64,000 nucleotides of DNA, taken from Heteronotia binoei. Lineage: Eukaryota. Under the pieces are notes generated by a model. That model was not told the origin of the DNA, made no database searches, and saw nothing but the letters and a program-made list of their open reading frames with translations. Positions 35,148-48,640 of the stretch are shown here, one piece after another. The stretch covers positions 45,880,001 to 45,944,000 of the forward strand of contig NC_083235.1 in the NCBI RefSeq assembly GCF_032191835.1, in the 5' to 3' direction. Numbering within the stretch: position 1 is the stretch's first letter; each line of letters opens with the position of its first letter. Made by a program: the position numbers and the translations under genes.

Positions 35148-37913
35148 GGTACAGAATTTTAAAAGGGCCATGGACAGAGTAGGGGTGCAATGAAATGTAA
35201 GATTAGAACTGCAGTCACTGCATTCACCCCTCCTCCCCTTGTAGGCTGAATCCAGCATCCTCCTGCTACATAAAAGACAGAGTAATTTCCCACAGTTCCA
35301 GTAATGATTCAGTTGCTAATTTTATCTCCACTCCTGTCCACTTTTAAAAAATGTTTTTAAAGTGTTACACCAATTGCTTTTCAGCCCCGCCCCCAGCAAA
35401 AAGCACACTCCATAGTAATAAAATCTGAAGAACTGGTTTGGAGTAGGGATGCTCAAACTTCCACCAGTTCAGCTTATGTCCCTATCCACAAGTTGCAAAC
35501 AAGGGACCTTTTCCCCCCCGCTTTTTAAAAAAAACGAAATCTGGAACTTCAGAGGCAATAGATCATTAGAATGTTAATAGCACAACAGCAATTACTGATT
35601 TCAAAAAACCTTCAAAAAGCCTTTGAGTAGCATGGCATGTGAAAAATGCAGGGAAAGTGGTGGCTTGCTGTGTGGATTCAGCCACAGATAGTTGTTATAA
35701 ACAAATGTTATGTTTTAAAAAACCCAGTGTTCATCTAAGCAGATTTTAGTCAATGGCCACCAATCTGTTGGAATTGGCAGCATTATGGTGTTCAGTTTTG
35801 GAAAAACTGATGCAACCCTGTTTGACAGGAGTCTGCAGAAGTTTGACATGAACCAACCAGACAGAGTGATTGGTTCATAAATGACTGAAACCTTCAAACA
35901 TGGTAAGTTTGAGTTTTGAACATATGTGATGTGAAATGTGGCATCCCTGGTCTGGGGATGGAGGGAGATGTTTCCTGAGGACATCCTAGGTACCATCCTG
36001 TCAGCATTGTGCACAGTCAGCTTCTACTGCAAACATACAGTAACAGTTTTCACTAAAGAGATCGTAGTTTATCTGACAAAAAGCACAGTGAGTGTTCTTC
36101 CAAAATGTCTCCTCCATCAAATAACATTTCATTTGTGTGCACTTTAAAGCAAGGAAGAAAATCATGAGGGTGAGGTGGGCCCAAAGTTGTGTCTGAGGTG
36201 TGGATGGGTGAACAGCAGTGACCTATCAGAATGTGAAGTCTAGTCTTTGTGAAAAGGAAAGGCAGGAAGTAGAAGACCATGTGGGTGGATGTAAACTGGG
36301 GTTGTTTCCAGGGAAAGGTAAGAGGTGCAGCGTTGAAAGGAAAAAATGACAAAGAGCATTTTGTTTCATATTTCTTCTCCTCCCCCCAAACGGTAGCAGT
36401 TCTTTGGGGGATTTCTGTGCGACATCTGTTTTCAGTTATCCACCTTCCAGGTTTTCCCCAGCTTTGCTACCTGTTTTTTCAAACATGTTTTAGTATGATC
36501 TTTCCAGAAAGATTGTGTCAAAAGTCATTCCAGGAAATTCATACCTTACTTGTTGGTTTTTTTGGCAGGAAGATACGACATTCATCCTCTCCCACATCTA
36601 GTGACACAGCAAGCCTCATTTTCCGTAGTACCTGCCATCACTCCACCAGCAGCAGGTTTTTATTGGCTATTTTTTAAACCAGCAGATGCATCACTATTGC
36701 ATCATTATATTATAGCTATATAGCTACCACCCTTTTTTTAAAAAAATGAGCAGAACGGCAGGTATGAATTTATATACTATGGGAAATACCTCCATTACTC
36801 TGGTGCTATTGTAAATACCTCTGCATTCACAACAACGAGAGAAGAACAGTGAGTCATTGTGTAGATGCAACTAATTACTTGAAAATAATCCACAGAATAT
36901 AGTGGGAAGTGTAAGGAAGTATAGCATTGCCAAGGTTCAGCTAGACAGGCTAGAGAGTACACACTTTGGTCATCTGGAGATTATTATTCCAGATACTTTC
37001 TTCTGTAATGTCTCAGCTTGTGATCTTTCTTTGGGTGGATGGTTGAATTAGATGGCCTTTTGGTTCCTACTAGCCTGATTATTCTTTTAAAATGCATAAA
37101 GCCAAGGGAAGCCCTTAAAAATAGAAGGGCACATCAATACCAATGCCCACCCCCCCAATTAACTAGTGATATACACTATTGCATGATTTTTAACAGGTGG
37201 GGCTCTGAAGCAGAGAGACAGTGGCATGTATTCTACCGTAGATTGGAGGAGACTTAAATGACTCTTCTGTTGGAGCAAAATCCACTCAAGTCTTTTGAGG
37301 AAGCCTCCTTAGGTGGGAGGAAAGCTTGAAACTGCTTAGTGAACAGTAGGATATAGACTGCTGTCAGCATCAAGTATAGCAGGCTTCAGCTGGGGATTCA
37401 ACTGCCACCAAATTCTGGTCAAAGGAAGGAACTACCAAGCCTGTTAACAGCAAGAGGAGTGGGCCATTAAAGTGATACTCCTTGTCTCAACATAGGCTTC
37501 CAAGATCAGAGGTCTGAGCATCTCTTTTGATGCTGGCTACAGTTTCTGGCTTCCTTCTTGTCTTTCTAGCTGTTTCCCTTTTACTTTGCTTCATCTTTGC
37601 CTCATCCTAGCCAGCCTCTGACTTGACTGAAACTGGGTCTGGCAAATAGTGACATTTTCATAGTGACCTATGAAAATGCCTTTCCTGTAAATCTTCAATT
37701 TGTTAACAGCACCATAAACATTTGCTGGACATGGAATGGGTACAATTAAAATAAAATTCAGCCTGGGAAAATAAACAAGATGGGCCTCTGGGCACAACTT
37801 CAGTAATTATGCAATTATGGTTTGATTGGTCATATCAGTAAGGGACAAAATCTAGTGTTGGCTTCTATTGTTCTCTTATACCTCTCTCTTTCTGTGTGTC
37901 TCCCTGGCTGCAG

Positions 37914-38078
37914 ATACACCCCAGTGTAAATGTCGGCCAAGCTACCGTTGTGGAGATCTTCCTGACCCTGCAGTTTGTTCTCTGCGTCTTTGCCACCTAT
38001 GATGAGAGACGCAATGGGCGCATGGGATCTGTGGCAATGGCTGTGGGATTCTCCCTCACTCTTGGACACCTCTTTGGG
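37914..38078 (+). CDS. MIP: MIP exon 2
   Basis: ctgcag|ATA...GGG|gtaatg; 165 nt; [36 protein letters not shown]...GHLFG. Confidence 0.97.
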
Positions 38079-40808
38079 GTAATGACATGTTGGAAGTCTG
38101 AATGCAATCAGGGCCAGCTGTAATTTATTTGCATAGTGAGGCATTGCTAAACTGATAGCCAGCTTACCTCTCAGATCAGCACTCTGCACCACACTTTCCA
38201 CCTATTTGTGACATGACAAATCACTCATCTGCTTTGTGTCTTGTCTGTAATATGCCTTGCTGTTGAGATCCCCAAGCAGGTATTTAGAAGCTATATAGCA
38301 CAACATGTGCTGCAAATGCTATTCAGCTTGCACCATCAAAGTGACAACATCTGGGAATAAAAATAATGGGACAATGGTGTGACACTCATGGACTGTGATC
38401 AGACAGGAAATTTGGCCCAATATAGTCACTTTCCCCTAATGGATTAAATGGACTCGGTCCAGGGCTGGCATATCCATTAGGCAGCCTTAGATGGCTTCCT
38501 GGGGCACAGCCTGGGGGGAGGGCATTGGTTTCAGCCCTCCCTCCTACCCTAGCCTCCGTGGCGATGGAAACATGTGAGCCTGGTGGTGCAACTCCTATGC
38601 CTCAGAGCACGCTGCCACTGGGTTGCCATTTCTCCATCTCCCAGAAGCTAGGAGGCAGAGCAACAGTGGCCCAGTGGTGGGTGTGTGGTGGGTGTGCACG
38701 CTTTGAGATGCAGGAGGCACACTGCACCACCAGGCTCACTGTAGAGAGGAGGTGTGGGCTGCGGGGTGGGGGTGGCACCTTGCCTGGGGCGCCAGCCTTG
38801 TGCTGGCTCCCACAGACCGGTGCTGGCTCAGTCGCATGGCAACATCTGGCAGCCATTCCCCAATTGCACACCTCATCATACGGCGAGTTGGAGTAAATAG
38901 ACAGTAGTTGAATTCCGGTGTTAACAGATCCCTGCACATTCATTCCGCACTTCCAGATGTCAGAACTCCCTCAGTACATGCTCAAACTGGTTTGGAAGTG
39001 TAAACCTTTAGTTCTGGTTATGTTGTGTTTTTTTTAATGGTGAACATATGCACATCAGTGCACCTGCATACTCAAGAAATGTGCTCAAAAAAGAGGCAAA
39101 GCTGTTGTTTATTTTTTTTAAAAGAGACCAGACTGCGCGTTCCGTGGTTGATGCGCAGCACTAATCTGTTCAACCACAGAAGAAGCATGTGATGCAGCCC
39201 AATCAGGGTGGGAGTCTGATGGAAAATCTGCAGCACAAAATGCAACAGAGTAATTAGGGGCATGCCCAAACCATGCCAAACTGCCAGTCTGAATGCAGCC
39301 TTGGAGTGAGCTGACAAAGTTTCTACCGCCTTCCATGATATGCAGGTGGTATGTCAACCTGTAACAGGACATGAATACTATGTTTCTAAATATAAATCCT
39401 ACGCAGCCTTTAGTTAGGGGTGTAGTAGAACGGCTCTGCTATTCTGTAAAAAAAGGGTGCTTTCTCCCCCAGATGTCCCCTCTCTCTCTGGCGTGCAGCC
39501 CTCTGAGGAAGCTGGAGGCTGAACAGTGCCTTTTGTTGTCTCTTGTCTCTGAGAGCATGCCACCCCAGTCTCACTTAGTGCCACCCCAAGCACTAACAAC
39601 AAACGGAAATCTTATCATAGCACTGCCAAGTAGCCAAGGCAGCGGGTAAGGAAGTGTATGAGGCTCTTTAGTTAAACAGCTTTATTACTACAAGGCACAA
39701 ACTCATTGGTAACCACAAGACAGATCTAGGTACAGCTAAATAAAGTAAAATAATCTGAAAAGAAGGTTACAAACATCTGGTCTAGCCTTGAATGGAGGCT
39801 GGGTGCTGATTATGTAGTGCACCCCCAAGGGTCACACACACAAGCATCCTCCAGCATAACTCTCCTCTATCATCTCTCCTTGCAACTATCAACAACGTTA
39901 CCAACAAGTAGTACTACCCACACAAAGGAATAGTTCCCTTTTCAGTCCCCCGCCCACATCAACTCATAGAGCAGCCAATATAGGTGCCAGGTCCCTCAGC
40001 TGAAGCCCACCAGAATATGTTCACTCCAGTCTGGAGGTGTTAGTACATCCAAAAGCTAGCATGTTTTCCAGCCCTGTAGTTATAGGGCGCCTGTGTGGCC
40101 CCTGCCCACTGGCTTCCTTTTGGGTGCCCCAACTCAAATGCCCCTGGCCTTCCCTCCCTCTCTCCCCCACTGCCATGGGGGTGAAAGCTGAGAGGCTGGG
40201 GTCTGCCCCTCCCTCTTGTAATTTAAATCGCACAGGAAGAGTACATAGGAACAGCCGCTGCCCCTCTCATGCCATTTAAAGGACCCGCTGATTGCCAGGC
40301 CCTTTACATGGTGAGAGAGGGACAGTGACTGCTCCTGAGTACCCCGCCCATGGAATTTAAATCACGGGGGAGGAAGGGGGTGGCCCCCAGCGTCTCAGCT
40401 TTCATCCCTGCAGCCTTTCAAGTGGTGGTAGTGGCGGAAGGGAAAGTCAGGCATCCTAAGTTGGGTGCCCTGAGTCACAGCAGTGGCAGCCAGGGGAGGG
40501 GAGCTGCTACGTGTCCCCAGACTTTTTTACATGCCCCTCAACTCTTAAAATCCTGGCTATGGGCCTGATGTTTTCCCTTGGGGTTGCAAAGAACCATCTC
40601 TATCCTGTGAAGTGTATCTTTCCCATACTCTGCCACTCTGTGAGATGCCACCGCAGCCTTTCATCTCCAAAATTGTCACGAAATATCTTGCCCATCTGCT
40701 GCTCATTCATCTCAAGGGAACATTGGACCGACTTGGGGCCCAGGGACATGGGGGTGCCTGGAATACAGGGAGAAACCTTCTCTCCATTCTGACCCTACTC
40801 TCTTGCAG

Positions 40809-40889
40809 ATATATTACACAGGAGCTGGCATGAATCCTGCCCGATCTTTCGCCCCTGCTGTTATCACCCGCAATTTCACCAACCACTGG
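40809..40889 (+). CDS. MIP: MIP exon 3
   Basis: ttgcag|...|gtaagc; 81 nt; [27 protein letters not shown]. Confidence 0.97.
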
Positions 40890-41151
40890 GTAAGCAAGTG
40901 GGTGCTTTTTTGGGGGTGGGTGGGTAAGGTAATAAGCTGAAATGATAAGATGTGTAATAGTTGTAAAGATGACTCAGACATGATTTATTCTGACTCAGTT
41001 TCCACCAAGGCCCTATTTCTTACATGCCATCGAAGTCTCTTTTCGAACAAGAAAACTAGATACCAAAGTCTACTACTGTGGTCCCATTCCTCAGGACAAC
41101 TGATCTTTAGTACAAAGTTGGGATGGGAAACTTAGGTTATTTGGTCTAGAA

Positions 41152-41455
41152 CTGGGGTGGCCAAACTGTGGCTCTTTCACACATATTGTGTGGCTCTCAA
41201 AGCCCTCACCACTCCATCAGCCAGCTTGGAGAAGGCATTTATCTATTTAAATCACTTCTCTAAGCCAAGCCAGCAAGCAGCTTGGATAATGCATTTAAAG
41301 ATAAAGTTGCTTGCTTTCCACCTCTCTCTCCCTCCCTATCTGTTTTCCTTCCTGTCTTTCGTCTCTCAAACAGCTGATGTTCATGTTTTGCATCTCTCAA
41401 ACAGCTGATGTTTATTCTATGCGACGCTTGCATTAAGCAAGTTTGGCCACCCCTG
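41152..41455 (+). mobile_element. hAT (Charlie-like) MITE
   Basis: TIRs ctggggtggccaaac/gtttggccacccctg; perfect 8-bp TSD gtctagaa, matching the NTCTAGAN target preference. Confidence 0.92.
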
Positions 41456-42094
41456 GTCTAGAACAAAACAGTGCCTGGACCAGTGGTGGTAATTAAGCAC
41501 TGTAAGGTGTTCTGTTGCCCCAGATAAAATGGGGGTGACAGGTGGCATTTAGCAGATTTCTATGAGAGCACATTCTAGTGATGTAAACATGGAACCACAG
41601 ATTGTTGGATAGTGTGCTACTGTAATAATTCACTTCCTGAATTTTCTTGTCCTGACAGGAAAACCCAGGAGGTGAATGATTATTATATAATTGCCAATGT
41701 ACTGTGGATCCAGCCTAACAGGAAAGCAGAAGGACAAATGAAAAATGTTAAACAGAAGTGTTGCAACATTTAAAAAAATTAAATGAAAAGCTCAAACCTT
41801 GTTCTTACCATGTATGTGCACCAGCTATTTTTTCTGACATATATCTCAGGATATTCCAGAATTCCTAGTGCAGCCCATACCTAGTCCTGGATGATATCCT
41901 TTATTCTGCTTCTTCATACCGTGCCACCTGTGCCAATCTAGCCTCTGAAATAACAGAACACTTTCTGGGACAAAATTCCTCTGTGTGGAGTTTGCATGTG
42001 CAAAGAGCAGCACATGAATGTTTTGGAACAAGCAGAGACCAACTGAAAAGGGGGAAAAGTAGCAAGTGAAATGTCTTAGGACAGGGACTTCATT

Positions 42095-42380
42095 GACTAC
42101 CATCTTTGGAACTTCCTCCCTCAGGGAGGTTTGTCTGACTCCATCTATTGTTGATTTCCACTGAGGATGAAAGCTTTTCGTTTTGTTTGGCATTCCCTCA
42201 CTACCTCTTATTAGACCCCCGTCTAGTTTTTATGCTTTTAAGTGGTTATGTGTTTTATTTGTTTTTAAAAATTTGTACATATTTGTATTTTAAATGCTGT
42301 TTTTGATATTTGAAATGTTTTTATGTCTAACACTATGGGGTCCCTGTGTCTGATCAAAATGTTTAAATAAATACAAAAAA
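42095..42380 (+). mobile_element. Degenerate L2-like 3' end
   Basis: GC-moderate body followed by a long T-rich stretch and an aaataaatacaaaaaaaaataaa tail. Confidence 0.4.
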
Positions 42381-42648
42381 AAATAAACATAATGCCCGTG
42401 TACCATGGCACCCATAAGTACGTTTCCTCCTTGTGACCACTTTCTTCTTCCTCAAACCACTGAGTAATTCCTGCCCTTTGTCCAACTCAATGGAGTAGGA
42501 GGTACTTCAGAAGAGCCCAGGGGCATCCCTTTTGTGTCTATGGGGACTCAGGGAGCACCTGGCAACCATTTTGTGGCGGCCCCCCACTCAGCATTTTCAA
42601 ACTTTTCAAAGTGTCCCCATGTTCAATAAAATTGAGAATCCCAAAGAC

Positions 42649-42816
42649 CAGGGCTTTTTTCCTGGGGGAATGTGGTAGAATGGAGTTCCGGAATCTGTTA
42701 GTGGAAAGAAAACTCTACAAAATGTTTAAAAGTTCATGAGGGGCACCTGTGTGTTTCTCCTTAATTTCCCTCTTGAGAGTTCCGGCACCTCTTTTTCCAG
42801 GAAAAAAAAAGCCCTG
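42649..42816 (+). mobile_element. hAT-type MITE (CAGGGCTTTTT TIRs)
   Basis: TIRs cagggctttttt/aaaaaaaaagccctg; perfect 8-bp TSD ccaaagac. Confidence 0.9.
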
Positions 42817-43951
42817 CCAAAGACCTCTTTGTGCAGACACGTTTCTTTTGCTGCATTGGTTCACAAAATGTTTTTATAAGTATGGAAGATTTTGGAAGCA
42901 AGATGCAAACTGCAATATTAGTTTAGTGCACGCCAAAATGGATGAGTTTGAACACTCTGAGCAGCTCTCTCTCTTTTAAACTACCTTCAGCCCTCTGGAA
43001 ACAAATTCTGTCTCTAGCCTGAGACATGATTTTCATTTGATACAGAATAAGGTGGGAACAAGGCAGATGAATTCTTAAGTGACAGATGGGTTCTGACAAT
43101 TCAGATTGGAGATGTTAAGCCATAACATTGACCGGTGTTTAAAAAAAAAAAAAAAAGCACTTCCAGGCAAGTTTTTAAAAATCCGCTAGAACTGCAGGGG
43201 ACAGAAAAAGCTAAAACTTTCTAGTGATACATTAATTTTTTAGTTGCATGGATTTTTTTTTCCACTCCCCCTGAAAATGCCCCTCCCCCGTGAACTGGAT
43301 TAATACATTTCTACCACCTTATTTTAATGCTCATGTAGATATGGCCACAAAGTCATTTTGTAGAATGAAGTGTTGGATTGAGCTGGACTTTGCATTGCCA
43401 GCTCCAAGTTGGAAAATATTTGAAGAATTTGGGGGTGGAGCCAGGATGGTTTGGGGAGGGGCCTCAGTATGATACAATGCCATAGAGCCCACCCTTCAAA
43501 GCAGCCATTTTCTCCAGGGGAGCCGACTGCCAGCTGAAGATCAGTTGTAAAAGCAGATCTCCAGGACCCACCTGGAGGCTGGCAACCCTAGAACTGGTAG
43601 CATTTTGGACTCTACCACAAGTTTGTAGCAGGGATTATATATTTTGATAGTCCCCACACACAAAGTTCCCTGCATTGTAATAAACTAGGACATCAGGGAG
43701 AGGACTGTGATCATATTTCACCTTGATGTGCTAGCTTCATTGTTGCATGCAAGAAACTTTTTAAAAAATATAATGAGAATTTTTAAAATGTTGCCCCCCC
43801 TAATATTATTCCTGTTTGGGAGACCCAAATATACCCCAGGAAACATCTTGATTTTCCAAAAATGGTCCAGTGTCAGGTGGAGTGGGGTGGCTGAAGTCCA
43901 TTAGACATGTGCAATAAGACTTATTCTGTCTATTCAGTTTAACTACCACCT

Positions 43952-44119
43952 ATTCAGTTTAACTATTTTGTGACCTATTCAGTTTTAAATTTTAAATGTA
44001 TTAATTATTTTAACTGTTTTTATGCCTAAATTCTATTTATGTCAAATTCTTATGTTGTGAGCCGCCCTGAGCCACTTGTTGGGAAGGGTGGGATATAAAT
44101 CATAAAAAAAACAAAACAA
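43952..44119 (+). mobile_element. Short L2-type 3'-end retro-insertion
   Basis: gtgagccgccctgagcc...gggtgggatataaat plus A-rich tail; 11-bp TSD aactaccacct at 43941-43951 and 44120-44130. Confidence 0.8.
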
Positions 44120-44252
44120 AACTACCACCTGAAGCTCTTAGCAGACATTTTCTTTTGTGCAGTGCTATTCTATGAAGCTTTTACATTTATTTAAGTTACT
44201 TCTTTCAACTTATTGCTCCCCTTTCCCATGTGCTTCTTCCTCTCTTTTCTAG

Positions 44253-44438
44253 GTGTATTGGGTCGGACCCATAATCGGTGGTGTGATGGGTGGCTTCTTG
44301 TACGACTTCATCCTCTTTCCCCGGATGCGTGGCATCTCAGAGCGCCTGTCTATCCTCAAAGGTGACCGGCCAGCTGAAACGAGTGCCGCCCCAGAGCCTC
44401 CTGGGGAACCTGTTGAGCTGAAGACGCAAGCACTATAA
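44253..44438 (+). CDS. MIP: MIP exon 4 (C-terminus, stop)
   Basis: tctcttttctag|GTG; VYWVGP...[17 protein letters not shown]...[11 protein letters not shown]. Total 263 aa, the canonical AQP0 length. Confidence 0.97.
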   Translation: MYWVGPIIGGVMGGFLYDFILFPRMRGISERLSILKGDRPAETSAAPEPPGEPVELKTQAL

Positions 44439-45255
44439 ACAGTGACCCAGGGTGATCAAACCATAGCGTACATACCCCTCCTCTGGGGAGAGAGGGGGCA
44501 GAAACAACTGGCCCAGTATACAGACTGTTATTGCTCCTGGCCAGTAGGAAGTGATGTCTTAGGAGACACAGATCCGAAGGGACAGTTTGTTATCCAGTCT
44601 CTCTAAAAAAACAAACACCAAAAACAAAAGCAAAAGCAAAAAAATACACAACAACCCCGGAACAAGAAAATGGGGAGAGCGGGTGGGATGGGGAGTAGAG
44701 GGGATGTCATTGCCTGATTTTTAAATAATTTATTTTGCGGTGAGAAATTTTGGAAACAGTTTTGTGGGAAAAGGTATAGGAGAGCCAGTTCCTCCTGATC
44801 TTCCCCTTTGAATTCCTGCAAAATGCCTGAGTTGCCTGTCTGTGTGTAGTTACCCATGTGTAGTCTTTGCCAATTAGGTACTGGGTCTGTGTGTGTATGT
44901 GTGAGTGTGAGTGTGAGAGAGGAGGGGGGGGGAGAGAGAGTAGATGCCTTTTCCGGCATTATGTTTCTGGTGCTGGGATTGCAGGTAGCAGGATATGGCA
45001 CTTCATGCAACCAGCTAAGTATGCATATTCACCATTTTGTCTGAAGAGGGCAACATGTGTATTTTGCAGCTTCAGAACATGCTAATATCTACCCCCCAAA
45101 ATCCAGTTTTCAGGTACCATTACAAATCTGCAACATGCATACATTGCCCTTTTCAAACAAAAAGGTGATTGTACATAATGAGATTATTATGCATGGCGCC
45201 CTAGCCCAGTATGTGCAATGAAGAGCCCTTGGCTTCATAGTACATGAAAAGGGCT

Positions 45256-45261
45256 AATAAA
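45256..45261 (+). terminator. Candidate polyadenylation signal for MIP
   Basis: AATAAA about 820 nt after the stop codon; not validated. Confidence 0.45.
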
Positions 45262-47229
45262 AGAAGGCTTCAAATAGTGTCTATTCCTATCCCCAGTAAA
45301 GTCACCTCTTGCATCTCAGGGTGCATCTAAACAATACATGTGATGCAAGCCAGGTCAGGTTTCCACCTGACCCATCTCACAATCACACATACTTTTAGGG
45401 ATTCACCTTTCAAAACTGCTTGGTCACTCTGTGGCTTGGAGCACTGCAGTGCAGGAAATGGCTTCCACCTTCCCTTGGCACACTGTTTTCTGTTGTGGAT
45501 TCAGCTGCAGCCCCCCAGATTGGCTGATGACACATATGTTGCTTAGATGCACCTTTAGTGCTCTGCAGTCTACTTGTGAGTTGTGTTCTTCTGCTACCTT
45601 TGCTGTCTGGCACAGGGTTGAAAGACCACATCACTCCATCATACATTATCATTGCCCTCTTTCATCTCTCTCTCTCTGGACCAAATAACAATCTGGCCAC
45701 TCCCTGGGTTGTCAACCTCCAGGTGATGGCTGGGGATCTCCTGGGAGTACAACTGATCTCCAGGTGACAGAGATCAGTTCACCTGGAGAAAATGGCCACT
45801 TTGGAAGGTGGACTCTAAGGTATTATAGTCCTTCCCCTCTCCAAACCCTGCCCTACCCTGGATCCAACCCCCAAATATCCAGGTATTCCCAGGGTTGCCA
45901 GCCTCCAGGTGGGGCCTGGAGATCTCACGGTTTTACAGTTGATCTCCAGCTGGCAAAAACCAGCTCCCCTGGAGAAAATGGCTAATTTGAAGGGTGGGCT
46001 CTATGGCCCCTTCCCTCTCCAAACCTCATGATCTCCCAGATCCACCCCAAAAGTCTTCAGGTATTTTCCAACACAGACCTGGCAACCCTGGGTATTACCT
46101 AACCTGGGGCTTGCAGCCCTACCCCTCCTTCATCTCTGTGGCTGTCCTTGCTATGCACAGAGGCCTAGCACCAGGGTTCTGGGGGAGCAGCAGAAGTGAA
46201 AAGGAGGTGCATCCTATTCTTTCCCAATTCCAGTAGGCAGCTACCTTGAAGGCCTTATATACGTATTCCATTTAACTCAGAGTGATAGAAAAAGGGGAGG
46301 GGGATTGTGTGTATGCTTCCATGTGGAAAAACGAGTGCTTTTGCATGCTTGTTTAGTTATGTGTGTGCACACATATATGAGCATGTGAGAAAGGGAAGCA
46401 TGACTGGCATCCTGAGGTTTGGTTCACTGGACAATTGAAAATCAATGCTATTGCCTTCGCCCCACCCCACAAATAAGAGGGGGGTCCTCATTTAGTCAGC
46501 CCTTCAGGGACTGCCTTTTTCACCTAGGCCAATAGTGCTCACCGTTCAGGAACTGGAGAACCTTGTGGAGAGACATGGAGTCTGATCAGTAAGAGTAAAG
46601 CTTTTGAATCTATTCCTGAATTAATTTTTCTTCTTCTTGGTGCAGTCTCAACACTAGATACATACAACTGAAATATATACAGCCTGTGTTGCACAGGCTA
46701 GGTGGGGCTTGGCGTGGAACAAGTCTCCACACCAATGATCCTAGAAGGATCAGTGTAACCCAGGACTAGATAGCAAAAAAACAATACATAGCACTGATAG
46801 AACATTCAAGACACCTTACATACAGTATCTCCATAATCCTTTTAAGGCAGGGTTGAGAGGCCAAATCTCTCTCTCTCTCTCTCTCTGTTGAGGAAGGAGG
46901 TTAATCCTGAAGTGCAAACCTTGGGGCGGTAAGTGGTGCTGTTAAACTGGCAGAGGACACATCTTCAGGAGACAAATGTCTTGAGAAATTTTGACCCTAT
47001 TGCAAGTCCATTGTTATTGGTTGTCTTTTAAGATGCAAAGCATGTGATGACTTTGCCTGAATGGGTTGTGCAAACCTGTATAGATCAGCATTCTCTATTC
47101 TTTGCCTGGCCCCTTCCCAGATTCCCCCCTCAGTACTTTTGACAACTTCTCAACTGTCACCTTCTTTCTCCCATCTACTAAAAAATGGACTGTTTGGGGA
47201 TAGCTGTTTCCATCTTGCCTTACTTGTGG

Positions 47230-48640
47230 TACTCTTTCTATCTGAAGAGTCAAGTTAGCTATTATGAAGACTTTCTTTTTAAAAAGTGAAAGCCTCATCC
47301 AAATTAAGACAATCAAAAAGAGCACAAATGCTGGCAAAACAAATGTGAAGTTGACAAAAAATGGAATTGTGAAGAGAATGCTGTTAAAAAACATGAAAAC
47401 AAACAATGGGAGCTTCTTTAGAGACATCAGAATTGGAGCATTAAATGACTAAGGATTGTGGAAGGCAGGTAGGGGGTTTTCAGAGGCCCAGGATTAAGCA
47501 GTATAAAGTCTTGTTCTAAGATTGGATGGATGATTGCAGGAGTTTCAAAGGAGACAAACTCCATGGAGCTTCTTTTCCCTCTCCCAAGTTTTCTGGCATG
47601 TACAGATGACTTGAGGCGAGATGGAAGACTGTTTTCTGTCCTGCTAAGCTTTGAGTAGGCAAAACAGCACAAGAAGCTTGCAAACTGAGAGACCCCCATC
47701 CCACTCTTTGGTGTGTGAGCTGGAGAACTCAGGAGCTAAAAGTTCTGCTGATGACCACAAAGAAATATTTGGCTACTAAGTCCTGTCCTTCAAATGTAAA
47801 AATATTGATCTTCTACTGTGTCATTAGAATCACTCTCCCTATTGAAGTACTGGGAAGAGGCCAGTGTAACACCAGTTTTTGAAATGGAATCTAGACAGAA
47901 GCCTGGCAAATACAGGCCTGTCCCTGGTATATTGACTAAAATAACTGTTAAGGTGAACATTATTAAATGTATAAAAGAACAAGCCTTGCTTACTGAGGAA
48001 GAATCAGCATTGTTTTTGGAAATGGAAGTCCACAGGCTTCTCAGTAAAGTTAACAGTAATAGAATGAGAAGCCAGGTCCCTTAGTGGACTCATAACTAGT
48101 GGAAGAACAGAGAGAAGGGGATAACAATTTTTTAAAAATGTATAAAAGAGGTGAGTAGTGATATAGCCAAGTCTGAAGATTAGCCAGGATTCTGAACACT
48201 CAAGCACTGAATAGCACTGAAAAGACCTCTTCAAATTAGATGAATGAGCAAGAAAATGGAAAATGAGATTCAGTATAAGAAGAAACTTATAAACACTGGA
48301 GTAAAAATCCCAACTGGGTCATAATATCCCAGAACACAAATAGTATTTGAACAGCATGTTGTGACTAATCAGGAAAGACACCTTGGGATCATGGTGCTCA
48401 ATTTAAACAGAGTCACACCCTTCTAACCCTTTGAAGGTGTCAGTGGATTTAGAAGGGTAGAACTCTGCTTAGGACGACAGTTTTAGCTTCTTACTCTTTA
48501 TGGGTTGATCACCTCCTCCTTAGGGTGCCTATAGTAGGAAAAAGTGCAGGAAAAAAGGCAATCAAATTGATCAAGGGGTTGGAGTGTCTTCTTTATGAGA
48601 AAAGATTAAAATGTTTGGGGATTTTTAGAAATGACACAAA
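47230..48640 (+). mobile_element. Highly degenerate CR1 ORF2 fragments
   Basis: Residual peptides KNMKTNNGSFF, WEEASVTPVF...KPGKYRPV and gaaagacaccttgggatcatggtg resemble CR1 ORF2 with many lesions. Confidence 0.6.

Noticed and set aside
44436-44445. AQP4-style stop-codon read-through in MIP or AQP14
   Set aside because: The stops are TAA-ACAG and TAG-GAGA, not the TGA-CTAG read-through context.
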